Virus record (IMG/VR): IMGVR_UViG_3300027742_000003
Reading direction: 5' to 3' (one strand)
DNA from: a virus
Length of the DNA: 46,791 bases
This document shows positions 1-7,439 of this stretch, piece by piece (position 1 is the stretch's first letter; the number at the start of each line of letters is the position of its first letter). The notes under the pieces were generated by a model. That model was given only the letters and a program-made list of their open reading frames with translations, made no database searches and had not been told where the DNA came from. Both the position numbers and the translations under genes were made by a program.

Positions 1-99
1 GGAAGTCTCGGTAGCATAGTGAAATACCTGAACGAGTCTTTTTAAAACAGAACGCTGGCGAGAATGCTACAACCTCCAAATCACCAGCCTTAATCTTAC
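1..99. repeat. 99-bp exact terminal direct repeat, copy 1 (identical to 46693-46791); most likely a circular-assembly overlap
   Basis: Read directly: ggaagtctcggtagcatagtgaaatacc...ccagccttaatcttac occurs verbatim at both ends. A minus-strand ORF reads continuously through the join. Confidence 0.95.
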
Positions 100-424
100 T
101 AAACGCATCCATCATGCTTGGGTATGTTGTTTCAAGGGATTCCATAATACGGCTAATAGACGCCGAAGAACTGCGGCGGTAACGTCCATCATTCATTGTA
201 ATGTTTCGTTCACGAAGCCCCTGTCTCCAATCTTCACGCATAGGCATTCTTGACAAGTACACACAACCGTCTGCATTGTTAGCGTAGCCAAGCTTAAAAC
301 CACGGATAGTAAACTCCTCAATAGGGGCTTCTATACGCTGGCTCTCTCTTGTCTCTGTAACAAGGATAATATTGTCATCAGAGCCAATAACATCAAGCAC
401 AATAACAGACTTCTCATTGTGCAT
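1..424 (-). CDS. hypothetical protein; 5' part of a 174-aa ORF split by the contig ends
   Basis: ATG at 424 (MHNEKSVIVLDVIGSDD...). The frame is open to position 1. Through the 99-bp overlap it continues to a TGA at 46592-46594. Confidence 0.6.
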   Translation of the reverse strand, partial: MHNEKSVIVLDVIGSDDNIILVTETRESQRIEAPIEEFTIRGFKLGYANNADGCVYLSRMPMREDWRQGLRERNITMNDGRYRRSSSASISRIMESLETTYPSMMDAFSKIKAGDLEVVAFSPAFCFKKTRSGISLCYRDF

Positions 425-464
425 AACAACAGTGCGCCTTAGTTTTTGATGTGCATATTCTAAA

Positions 465-1319
465 CTACCGTACATAAAAATTCTCCCCCACTGTTGGTGG
501 CAAGATAATGCCGCGAGTCTCAAGCCAGTTTAAAACACCGTGACGATTACCTTTAAAAATATCAGACAAAGATTTAGCTGAGTGAGATGCCTTGATTAAA
601 CTTGTATTACCCATAAGAAGTTTTGCAAAAGCGTTTTTTGTAGATTTAAACACCCAATCGATAAGCTTCTCATCTTTAAGCCAAGCATTAGATAAGACAC
701 GATACTCCATGCCATAAGGTTTTGGTCTAAAGCAGCCGAAATCCCCGTAAAGAGATTGTCTTTCAACATCATTATCATAAGACATAGCAGCTACGCCAAG
801 GTGGTAGTCTAATTGCATAGCTAACATACGACAATCATTAAAATGTTTTGTAGAGAATGGGTCGAAACCCTCCCCCCAACCTATGTGTACATGTCCTGCG
901 CCAGTTCTAAATGGTGTGTCTGCATTAGGTCGCGGATTTTCCTTACCTGTGTACGCATTGTAATCAGGCTCACAACCAAGCTCTCTTGCAGATGCAGGTT
1001 GCTTTGCAATAAGCTCAGCTCCAAAGTGTGCAGTTGGTACAGCACCGAGACGATAGTCGCCTATAATACCTTTTAATGTTGATAATACAGACTGTATGTT
1101 TGCATTAAACTGCTCAGGATTTTTAGCAGGGTCAATATTAAACTCTGCTGCCATGCCATCTAACTGTACAGCACCATTGTCCACCTTAAAAGGCTCTGCT
1201 TTTGTTCCCGGCACTAAACCAACAGCACTGATAGGATTTTCACCATCAAATACAAATACTTCTGGGTCAGCACCTAGTTGTAAGTTTTCTAATATAGAAT
1301 TTATGTCGAGCTTACTCAT
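465..1319 (-). CDS. carboxylate-amine ligase, phiEco32-like COOH-NH2 ligase type 2 family
   Basis: 284 aa with DPEVFVFD, MAAEFNI, GAGHVHIGWG and MEYRVLSNAW segments typical of this phage ligase family. ATGA start/stop overlap with the upstream amidotransferase. Confidence 0.8.
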   Translation of the reverse strand: MSKLDINSILENLQLGADPEVFVFDGENPISAVGLVPGTKAEPFKVDNGAVQLDGMAAEFNIDPAKNPEQFNANIQSVLSTLKGIIGDYRLGAVPTAHFGAELIAKQPASARELGCEPDYNAYTGKENPRPNADTPFRTGAGHVHIGWGEGFDPFSTKHFNDCRMLAMQLDYHLGVAAMSYDNDVERQSLYGDFGCFRPKPYGMEYRVLSNAWLKDEKLIDWVFKSTKNAFAKLLMGNTSLIKASHSAKSLSDIFKGNRHGVLNWLETRGIILPPTVGENFYVR

Positions 1320-2599
1320 AAATTATACCCCATGTTAATTAATGTTTGTCGTGTTTGAGCATCTTCAACACAACTGTTACAGAATTTATTTCCAACGGCA
1401 TCCTCAACAACCGTTTCAGGTGTGAGTGGGTCAGAACACCAAGAACAGTCACCCAAGTTTGTTGCAGGTTCACCTAAATCTTCGTCGCCAAGGTCTAACT
1501 CTTCTTCAACGATAGTGCGCCAATCAATAACTAGGTAAGGGTTGCCACTGTTGTAGCAAATCTTTTTAACCTCGCCAGTGAAGTAGTTGACGCTTTCAGC
1601 AAGAAGTGTTGCACAAGCAGCTTTCTTTTTGTTGCTCATTAAATCTTTCTGAGCCATATAGACACGAAGATTTGTACTAGAATCAACAAGTAAGCTACAG
1701 TCAAAGTATTCTTGACCATTATGAGCCTTACTGTATTGAGGTGTAGCATCAACAGCAAAAGTAACCTGCTTACCTTTTAGACTAAGCATGTTTTTAAACA
1801 CACGTTGACGTTCTTGTAGTGTGCTTTTGTCAGGGTTTAACGGAACAACTTTTTTATCCGCCTCAACCACCACTTTAGGAGAGGGTGTACGTACCATTTT
1901 AGTTCTTACAAACGAAACAGCTTCCCCCTTAGCCTTTGGCAACTGAATCTCATAATGCTCGCCAACATTTGTTATGTAAACTGTATTATGAGCAATACCA
2001 TTGCGCCATAAAGCGCCCTCAAGCATCCACCACTCAGATGCAAAGAACATTGTCTTGCCATCTTTAGAGAAACAATAACACATAGGGCGGTCTTCGTTTC
2101 TAAGTAGGTTTAAGGTGTTTTTAACATTATCAAGCCACACCAAAGACCAAGCATTTTGGACGCTAGAAGACATTTTATCAAACGTGTCTTGTAAACCAAG
2201 GTTGTTCATGTTGTGATAAAGATTTTCACTATCCACAGCAAAGTCTTTATAATCTAACAAAGAAGCTCTTGATTTGAGCGTACCATTATGGAATCCTAAC
2301 AAATTACCACATTCAAAAGGGTGGGCTGTGTTATTGTTAACCTTTCCAACTGTAGCGTAACGGTTATGGCCAATAAGACAATTGTTTGAATTATCGTTAA
2401 TAACCTCACCAGTAAGTTTTAACTCAAAGAAGTCACTTGGCAGCATTGCTCTTTTATGATGATTAAGCTCGCCAAACAGGTTTGAAGAAGCAACACCGAT
2501 AGAGTGAGCGCCACGAAGAATGTCCATATGAAGCATATCTTTAAAAGCCTTACGAGCCTTATAATCAATATCACCAACTACACCAACTATTCCACACAA
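1316..2599 (-). CDS. class II (Ntn) glutamine amidotransferase with a C-terminal extension ending in a CxxC...CxxC zinc-ribbon-like motif
   Basis: N-terminus M-CGIVGV (Cys2 nucleophile), HNRYAT, FHNGTL. C-terminus CSWCSD...CNSC. TTG start 8 nt after GGAGG. Confidence 0.85.
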   Translation of the reverse strand: MCGIVGVVGDIDYKARKAFKDMLHMDILRGAHSIGVASSNLFGELNHHKRAMLPSDFFELKLTGEVINDNSNNCLIGHNRYATVGKVNNNTAHPFECGNLLGFHNGTLKSRASLLDYKDFAVDSENLYHNMNNLGLQDTFDKMSSSVQNAWSLVWLDNVKNTLNLLRNEDRPMCYCFSKDGKTMFFASEWWMLEGALWRNGIAHNTVYITNVGEHYEIQLPKAKGEAVSFVRTKMVRTPSPKVVVEADKKVVPLNPDKSTLQERQRVFKNMLSLKGKQVTFAVDATPQYSKAHNGQEYFDCSLLVDSSTNLRVYMAQKDLMSNKKKAACATLLAESVNYFTGEVKKICYNSGNPYLVIDWRTIVEEELDLGDEDLGEPATNLGDCSWCSDPLTPETVVEDAVGNKFCNSCVEDAQTRQTLINMGYNL

Positions 2600-2659
2600 A
2601 ATAAACCTCCAAAATATTTTCTAAATAAAATTATTGTAAATCATCACCCTAAAACAAGG

Positions 2660-3727
2660 CTAAATACCAACTGGCTTAGTACCATTTCTTAAGTGCTTTT
2701 CAAACTGTATTAAGAATAGACAAAGTTTTTTAATATTCTCTTCTGAATAGTCAATAGAATCACCCTTACCAATACCCATGTACCTTTCAAAAGCCTTGTT
2801 AAATAGGTTACAGCCTTGCTCCTCTGTAGCACTTATGCTGTCAATAAATGATTTAACGTATGTCATGACATTAAACTTGGGATTATCAACATACCCACCC
2901 CAACCTTTTGAAACACTGCCAGAGATGAACCCACCAACCTTAGAGAAAGTGAGGATATTTGGCTCTTCGCGGTCGATAATCTTACGATAACTATTAATCT
3001 CAGTATACCTGTTAATGTAGTCTGACTTAGGTTGTTTTAACATACGACCTACACAAACAAACCTTGCTAATGTATCGCTATTTAACATGTTGTCTTGTGG
3101 TGCACTGTGCCCCCAAGAGCTGTATGCTTTTAGTGTGGTGTCTGACTGTTTTAAGAAGTATGTCATCTGCCACGCCATATTACCACTAACACCGCCATCA
3201 ACTAAATCACTAAACAACTTACAAAAATTTCTACACCAACTTTCCCAGATGTAACGAGTACACATAAGGGCTTCTGCCACAATACGGTTATCTAAGTCAG
3301 CACGTACTATAATCTGTCCAATCTTAATAGCCTTGTCAACACTTTTTACAACATAAGCTTCTTTGTAAGGGCTTTCATTAAATAGCCAATGATAATAGGC
3401 ATAAGCCTCTTTATGCAAACCAGTTTTCTTATTAAACATTTCTAATGTTCTTGTTGGCAATTCTGATGTAACGTATTCTATAACATCATCATCACCAAGT
3501 TTAAAGTCCAGTATTGGTGTTGGGAATATCGCACCAGCAGTACAACCAGTAGAGTTAGATACGTTAACAGTGAGCGGTGTTCTTTTACCCTTACTAACAA
3601 GGAATCGAAGCTTCATTAGATTAGACCCCCCATCTATGCGGTTATTCTTACCACTGTCCAATATGGAATCAATTGCCTTGCTCAATCTTTTATTAAGACC
3701 AAACTTATTACGTTTTTTAAAACTCAT
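2660..3727 (-). CDS. hypothetical protein (355 aa), immediately upstream of the amidotransferase on the minus strand
   Basis: Long ORF with GGAGGG 6 nt before the ATG. No motif recognised. Confidence 0.75.
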   Translation of the reverse strand: MSFKKRNKFGLNKRLSKAIDSILDSGKNNRIDGGSNLMKLRFLVSKGKRTPLTVNVSNSTGCTAGAIFPTPILDFKLGDDDVIEYVTSELPTRTLEMFNKKTGLHKEAYAYYHWLFNESPYKEAYVVKSVDKAIKIGQIIVRADLDNRIVAEALMCTRYIWESWCRNFCKLFSDLVDGGVSGNMAWQMTYFLKQSDTTLKAYSSWGHSAPQDNMLNSDTLARFVCVGRMLKQPKSDYINRYTEINSYRKIIDREEPNILTFSKVGGFISGSVSKGWGGYVDNPKFNVMTYVKSFIDSISATEEQGCNLFNKAFERYMGIGKGDSIDYSEENIKKLCLFLIQFEKHLRNGTKPVGI

Positions 3728-3903
3728 TGTAAGCCCTCCTAAGGCTGTTATTACTCTTACATATACATTGGTATTCTTTGCATATGTAAAAGCCCTGAGA
3801 ATGTGCCTCAGGAGCTTCTAAGCGTATTATTTAAACCAACCAAGCTCAATAGCTTTCTCAATACCTTTAATAACATCTAAGGCATGTTCCTTTGATACAA
3901 TCT

Positions 3904-4008
3904 TCAGTCTCTCCCCTCCCCAGCCCTCCCCTCAACACTGGCCCCAAAAACACGTATACGGTCTGGAGTAAGAGATTTATCTTTACGAATATTTATTTCA
4001 TTCGTCAT
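3904..4008 (-). CDS. possible 34-aa ORF ending inside a G-rich tract
   Basis: ATGA overlap with the stop of the upstream ORF (4005-4008). The -1 frame stays open for 28 more codons to a TAA at 3827. Confidence 0.25.
   Translation of the reverse strand: MTNEINIRKDKSLTPDRIRVFGASVEGRAGEGRD
3913..3945 (-). other. G-quadruplex-type tract on the minus strand that shares a 15-nt core with 8671-8687
   Basis: Minus strand reads GGGGccagtgttgaGGGGaGGGctGGGGaGGGGag. Shared core aGGGGaGGGc(a/t)GGGG. Confidence 0.7.
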
Positions 4009-4178
4009 AAGCACCTCTGAATATCTTCTATAATAAAGACATGCACAACTAGGCATACTGCAATTGCTACCGCCGAAAATGTAAACAAACCTATCTTATC
4101 CTCATACCAAGCCTTGATGCTAAGATAACAGCAAAATAGTTGAAACAGTAACATACAAAAAACTAATATAATTAACAC
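4005..4178 (-). CDS. small membrane protein (about 57 aa)
   Basis: GTG at 4178 lies 6 nt after GGGGGG. Hydrophobic LIILVFCMLLFQLFCCYL and FTFSAVAIAVCLVVHVFII. The longer track ORF (to 4232) would abut the tRNA. Confidence 0.45.
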   Translation of the reverse strand: MLIILVFCMLLFQLFCCYLSIKAWYEDKIGLFTFSAVAIAVCLVVHVFIIEDIQRCL

Positions 4179-4235
4179 AATAGACCCCCCTAAATATTTT
4201 CTAACATTAAATGATACAAACAAGCACCACAAAAC

Positions 4236-4312
4236 TGGCGCACCTAGTAGGATTCGAACCTACGACCTCCCCCTTAGGAGGGGGGCGCTCTATCCAACTG
4301 AGCTACAGGTGC
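4236..4312 (-). tRNA. tRNA-Arg (anticodon CCU)
   Basis: Canonical cloverleaf on the minus strand: GCACCTG / TA / GCTC-AGTTGGATA-GAGC / CCCCC-CTCCTAA-GGGGG / AGGTC / GTAGG-TTCGAAT-CCTAC / TAGGTGC-G-CCA. Confidence 0.92.
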
Positions 4313-4319
4313 ATAATAA

Positions 4320-4556
4320 TTACCAACCCCTTACATCTTCCTGTAAGAGTTCACAATCCTTTATAATACCTAAGGCTACTAACCCCTCAGCATTAGGATG
4401 AATCACTTTGTATTCGGCTATACACTTATCGTAGGCACGATTACCGTTCTCACTACTGTTAAGCGTGTACAATACAACACCTAAGGCAGCTAAATACATG
4501 AGCAAATATAAGAAGTTTATCTTGTAAGACGGTGGGTTGTCATGGTATTTAGGCAT
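4320..4556 (-). CDS. small membrane protein
   Basis: ATG at 4556 after GGGAGG (a TTG at 4568 is also possible). One TM segment, INFLYLLMYLAALGVVLY. Confidence 0.6.
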   Translation of the reverse strand: MPKYHDNPPSYKINFLYLLMYLAALGVVLYTLNSSENGNRAYDKCIAEYKVIHPNAEGLVALGIIKDCELLQEDVRGW

Positions 4557-4692
4557 ACATCCTCCCAAGCTTTCTTTTGTAAATCTTTAGTTGTTCTTCT
4601 ATCTCATACTTCTTACAGCGAGTTTCAAGAACAACCCCATTTAGTGTTAAGTGCCAGCACACACCTGTTACTGATTTAGATATAGTAAGCAT
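4549..4692 (-). CDS. possible 47-aa protein
   Basis: ATG at 4692 to TAA at 4549. Fills the gap between neighbouring genes and overlaps the next start by 8 nt. Confidence 0.35.
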   Translation of the reverse strand: MLTISKSVTGVCWHLTLNGVVLETRCKKYEIEEQLKIYKRKLGRMYA

Positions 4693-4695
4693 AGT

Positions 4696-4959
4696 TTAAT
4701 CATCGTCGTCATCGTAATTATAATAATTCACATGGTTATCTATGCCCGACCAATAAGTTTGCCCTTGTATTGTTTCAGACCACTCAAAAGCACTTTCCAA
4801 ACCTTTGTTCCAATCCCACATCATGTCCGTATTTGAATGGTTGTAAGAATCAAGCCCTCTAAGAAGCTCTTCTAAAGCTTCCTCTTCACCAACTACAGAG
4901 GCAACCTGCTTGAATAGCTTTGTATCTTCAACAACAAAATCTTTACTAAACTGAGGCAT
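4696..4959 (-). CDS. highly acidic small protein (87 aa, C-terminal DDDDD)
   Basis: About 22 D/E against about 6 K/R, Trp-rich, GGGGG-type SD upstream. Confidence 0.7.
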   Translation of the reverse strand: MPQFSKDFVVEDTKLFKQVASVVGEEEALEELLRGLDSYNHSNTDMMWDWNKGLESAFEWSETIQGQTYWSGIDNHVNYYNYDDDDD

Positions 4960-4971
4960 AACCTACCCCCC

Positions 4972-5244
4972 TTAATTAAACCAATCAATAAAAACATCTG
5001 GCCTTGTTACCTTGCCAGCCCTTACCTCTTTACGCCAATGCCTTGCTGCATTCAAGCAGTGCTTATGCTCTATGCTATCAACTAAGAACACAAAAGCCTT
5101 AGCAAAGTATGGGCGCTTACAATACTTACTTCTTAAATACATACGACCGCATAAGGAAGAACCCTTAGAGCCGCACGTAATCTTGTTTATGATTAGGCTA
5201 GGCCAACCACAAAGGAACTCATCTATTTTAAACAGCATAGCCAA
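4972..5244 (-). CDS. hypothetical basic Cys-containing protein (90 aa)
   Basis: ORF tightly packed with its neighbours. No motif recognised. Confidence 0.6.
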   Translation of the reverse strand: MAMLFKIDEFLCGWPSLIINKITCGSKGSSLCGRMYLRSKYCKRPYFAKAFVFLVDSIEHKHCLNAARHWRKEVRAGKVTRPDVFIDWFN

Positions 5245-5555
5245 CTATCCTTAACAACTTTTAATTTACTGTTGTCCATATTCTTAAACACTTCGTTACC
5301 AAACGAGTCGGTACAAACAGAGCTTTCTACTGAGTCAGTCTCAACAATAACGCCCTCAGAGTCAAGCTCATAAGAATACACCAAGTCACCCACCAAGAAG
5401 TGTTGTTCTGGGGGTCTTGTTAATACCTGTTTTGATGAACAACAAACTTCTACACTTTCATCATAGAAATTTACTAAGATTTCATTAAGCTTACGTAAGC
5501 CTATGACAATTAAGAAGATTATTACCACAAGCGCAATTAAGTTAAATACATACAT
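5223..5555 (-). CDS. hypothetical protein with an N-terminal TM anchor
   Basis: MYVFNLIALVVIIFLIVIGL followed by a soluble domain. Confidence 0.65.
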   Translation of the reverse strand: MYVFNLIALVVIIFLIVIGLRKLNEILVNFYDESVEVCCSSKQVLTRPPEQHFLVGDLVYSYELDSEGVIVETDSVESSVCTDSFGNEVFKNMDNSKLKVVKDSWLCCLK

Positions 5556-5571
5556 AAATTTATTTCCTAAA

Positions 5572-5682
5572 TAATTAAAATAATTTTGGTAAAACGCTCA
5601 AAAAAAGAGTATATACTAGTATAGGTCTTATTAATAGTGAACGTAGTGAACATTAATCAGTATTAAGAAAGACTAATAAGAA
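5572..5682 (+). repeat. R1: copy of a promoter-like repeat family (about 80% identical to R2)
   Basis: Aligns with 15845-15957: ...attttgg(t/g)aaaacgct(c)aaaaaaagagtatata...ttaata(g/a)tgaacg(t/a)agtgaa(c/t)attaat...taagaaaga(c/t)taataagaa. Confidence 0.85.
5586..5617 (+). promoter_or_regulatory. sigma70-like promoter inside R1, oriented antisense to the flanking minus-strand genes
   Basis: TTGGTA - 18 nt - TATATA(CT), with an A/T-rich UP-like tract upstream. Confidence 0.4.
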
Positions 5683-5806
5683 TAAAAGGATTAGAACTTC
5701 TTAGGGGTACTTCTTAGGTATCTTACTAAGAAATCCTAATCAAAACATCTAAGGGAATGTTATTCATAAAAGCCCCTCATCCATTGAGCAAGCTTTGAGT
5801 ATAACA

Positions 5807-5926
5807 CTAGTATTCTAGTGAGTATTTTATCTTATAGTTTTCAAGGGTTCTAATAAGGCGCTTACAAAACTTGCGTCTTACTTCTTGTTTATCTACTAGA
5901 TAGATTACAAACTTAGGTTTTTTCAT
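5807..5926 (-). CDS. possible 39-aa basic protein
   Basis: ATG at 5926 after AAGGGAG. MKKPKFVIYLVDKQEVRRKFCKRL... Confidence 0.3.
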   Translation of the reverse strand: MKKPKFVIYLVDKQEVRRKFCKRLIRTLENYKIKYSLEY

Positions 5927-5934
5927 AAGCTCCC

Positions 5935-6438
5935 TTAGTGGACGGTTTGACCAGCACTTGTTTCAGGCTTTTCAACATCAGCACTGTAGAACGTTATTGT
6001 ATCTTGTAAATCAAACAACGGTGCTTGCCAATCTTCTGCTAAGATAGTTTTATCTTCATCAGCGTAGATTGTGTAATACTTTGCAATTTCTTGTTTGTCG
6101 TTGATGTAGCCCTCGACATTATGACCTTTCATCATAAGCTGCACAGCTATGCTGCTAACATGTTCATCTAAGTTGTAATCATCAATAGGCTGTACAGAGT
6201 TAACTAGGCACACATTACCAACTTCGGCATCCATAACCATAATAAAGCTTTTAATTTCAAGCTCTTTTTCAACTGTGGTTGCTTCATCAGTGGCTGCAAC
6301 AGTTAAACCAGATTGGTCTTTTAAGATTGCGTTAGCAGCCTTAGTAAATTGTTCTTGGTTAATTGTATCAGGTACTGAGATTACTTCTACAACTTGTTCG
6401 CCAGCAGTGTTTTTGAAACTTACTTTAAATGTGTTCAT
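5935..6438 (-). CDS. hypothetical acidic protein (167 aa)
   Basis: ORF with TAAGGA upstream. No motif recognised. Confidence 0.75.
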   Translation of the reverse strand: MNTFKVSFKNTAGEQVVEVISVPDTINQEQFTKAANAILKDQSGLTVAATDEATTVEKELEIKSFIMVMDAEVGNVCLVNSVQPIDDYNLDEHVSSIAVQLMMKGHNVEGYINDKQEIAKYYTIYADEDKTILAEDWQAPLFDLQDTITFYSADVEKPETSAGQTVH

Positions 6439-6507
6439 TAAGTGTTTTTCCTTAGGTTAAATATTTTCTAGGTTAAATTGTTACAATGACGCACCACAAA
6501 ACTGTGG

Positions 6508-6708
6508 CTACGCCATATGTGGATTAATGTTATCTGGGGTTACTTTATCCAAACCAGATTGGTTAGTCATAAAGTTACTAACACACTTAGCACCAACTTG
6601 TAATACGTGCTTAGCAGGTCTTGCCAAGTGTTTCATACGTTGGTACGGTGTAAGGCTACCCATTGAGAAGTTGTTGCCTTGTGTTGTTTCAACTAGTAAG
6701 TGTCTCAT
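6508..6708 (-). CDS. hypothetical protein (66 aa)
   Basis: ORF with AAGGAAG 5 nt before the ATG. Confidence 0.5.
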   Translation of the reverse strand: MRHLLVETTQGNNFSMGSLTPYQRMKHLARPAKHVLQVGAKCVSNFMTNQSGLDKVTPDNINPHMA

Positions 6709-6861
6709 AGTGCTTCCTTAAAGAATATGATGTAGTATGAAAAGATTATGAATGTGAGGTTTACTAAAAGCATTGCTATACTTAATCTGGGCATATTGTT
6801 TTTAATAGCCCATGCTTGACAAATAAGGGTGATAAGTATGATGTTGCTCAGAGTATCCATA

Positions 6862-7422
6862 CTAAGCAGCCTTATCATCAGGCAGTGCATTAAGTACATC
6901 ATCAATGCTAATACCAGCTTCAAAAATAGCTTGAACGATTTGTTCGTGTGTCATACCACCTTTTTCAGGGTCAGTAGCTGCAATGATAGCAGACTTAACA
7001 CGCTTGCCATAGTCAAACTCTTTAGCAACTGTAGCTTTTTTACCATAGTCAAACCATGTTGATTCAGGCGATAAGTTATACATAAGCTTAACGTCTTTCT
7101 TAGACGTCTTGGTTAGCTTGTTTTCTTTCTTGTTCCAAGCAACTGTATTACAGCACAGAACTTCCTTAACATACTTAACAATCTTAGTAAGGTTAATACC
7201 TTGAGTGGTTTCAGCCACTACTAGGATGTTAGACAACCATGTTAGGTTATTACTTACTTGCCCACCAGCAGACAGTTTAGCTGCCTCATGCACAGCTAGG
7301 ATAAGCAGCTGTTGAACTTGCTCGTTACGTTGACTGATAGAGCCAAACACAACTGAACATGCTTTAGTGAAGTCTTTAGTGGTTTTTACGTTTGCTTGTG
7401 AATACTTAGTTAGTGTAGCCAT
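6862..7422 (-). CDS. hypothetical protein (186 aa)
   Basis: ATG at 7422 with GGAGG 5 nt upstream. Confidence 0.75.
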   Translation of the reverse strand: MATLTKYSQANVKTTKDFTKACSVVFGSISQRNEQVQQLLILAVHEAAKLSAGGQVSNNLTWLSNILVVAETTQGINLTKIVKYVKEVLCCNTVAWNKKENKLTKTSKKDVKLMYNLSPESTWFDYGKKATVAKEFDYGKRVKSAIIAATDPEKGGMTHEQIVQAIFEAGISIDDVLNALPDDKAA

Positions 7423-7439
7423 GATGGCCTCCTATTATT

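Noticed and set aside
2611-2640. TTTACA-18 nt-TATTTT read as a sigma70 promoter for the amidotransferase gene (similar readings at 4192-4215, 6459-6490 and 42384-42412)
   Set aside because: With that -10 element the transcript would start within or after the GGAGG Shine-Dalgarno sequence. I kept the conserved box as an unexplained motif rather than calling promoters.
6705-6923. 72-aa hydrophobic minus-strand ORF overlapping the 3' end of gene 6862-7422
   Set aside because: It overlaps the better-supported 186-aa gene in another frame and otherwise covers intergenic A/T-rich DNA.
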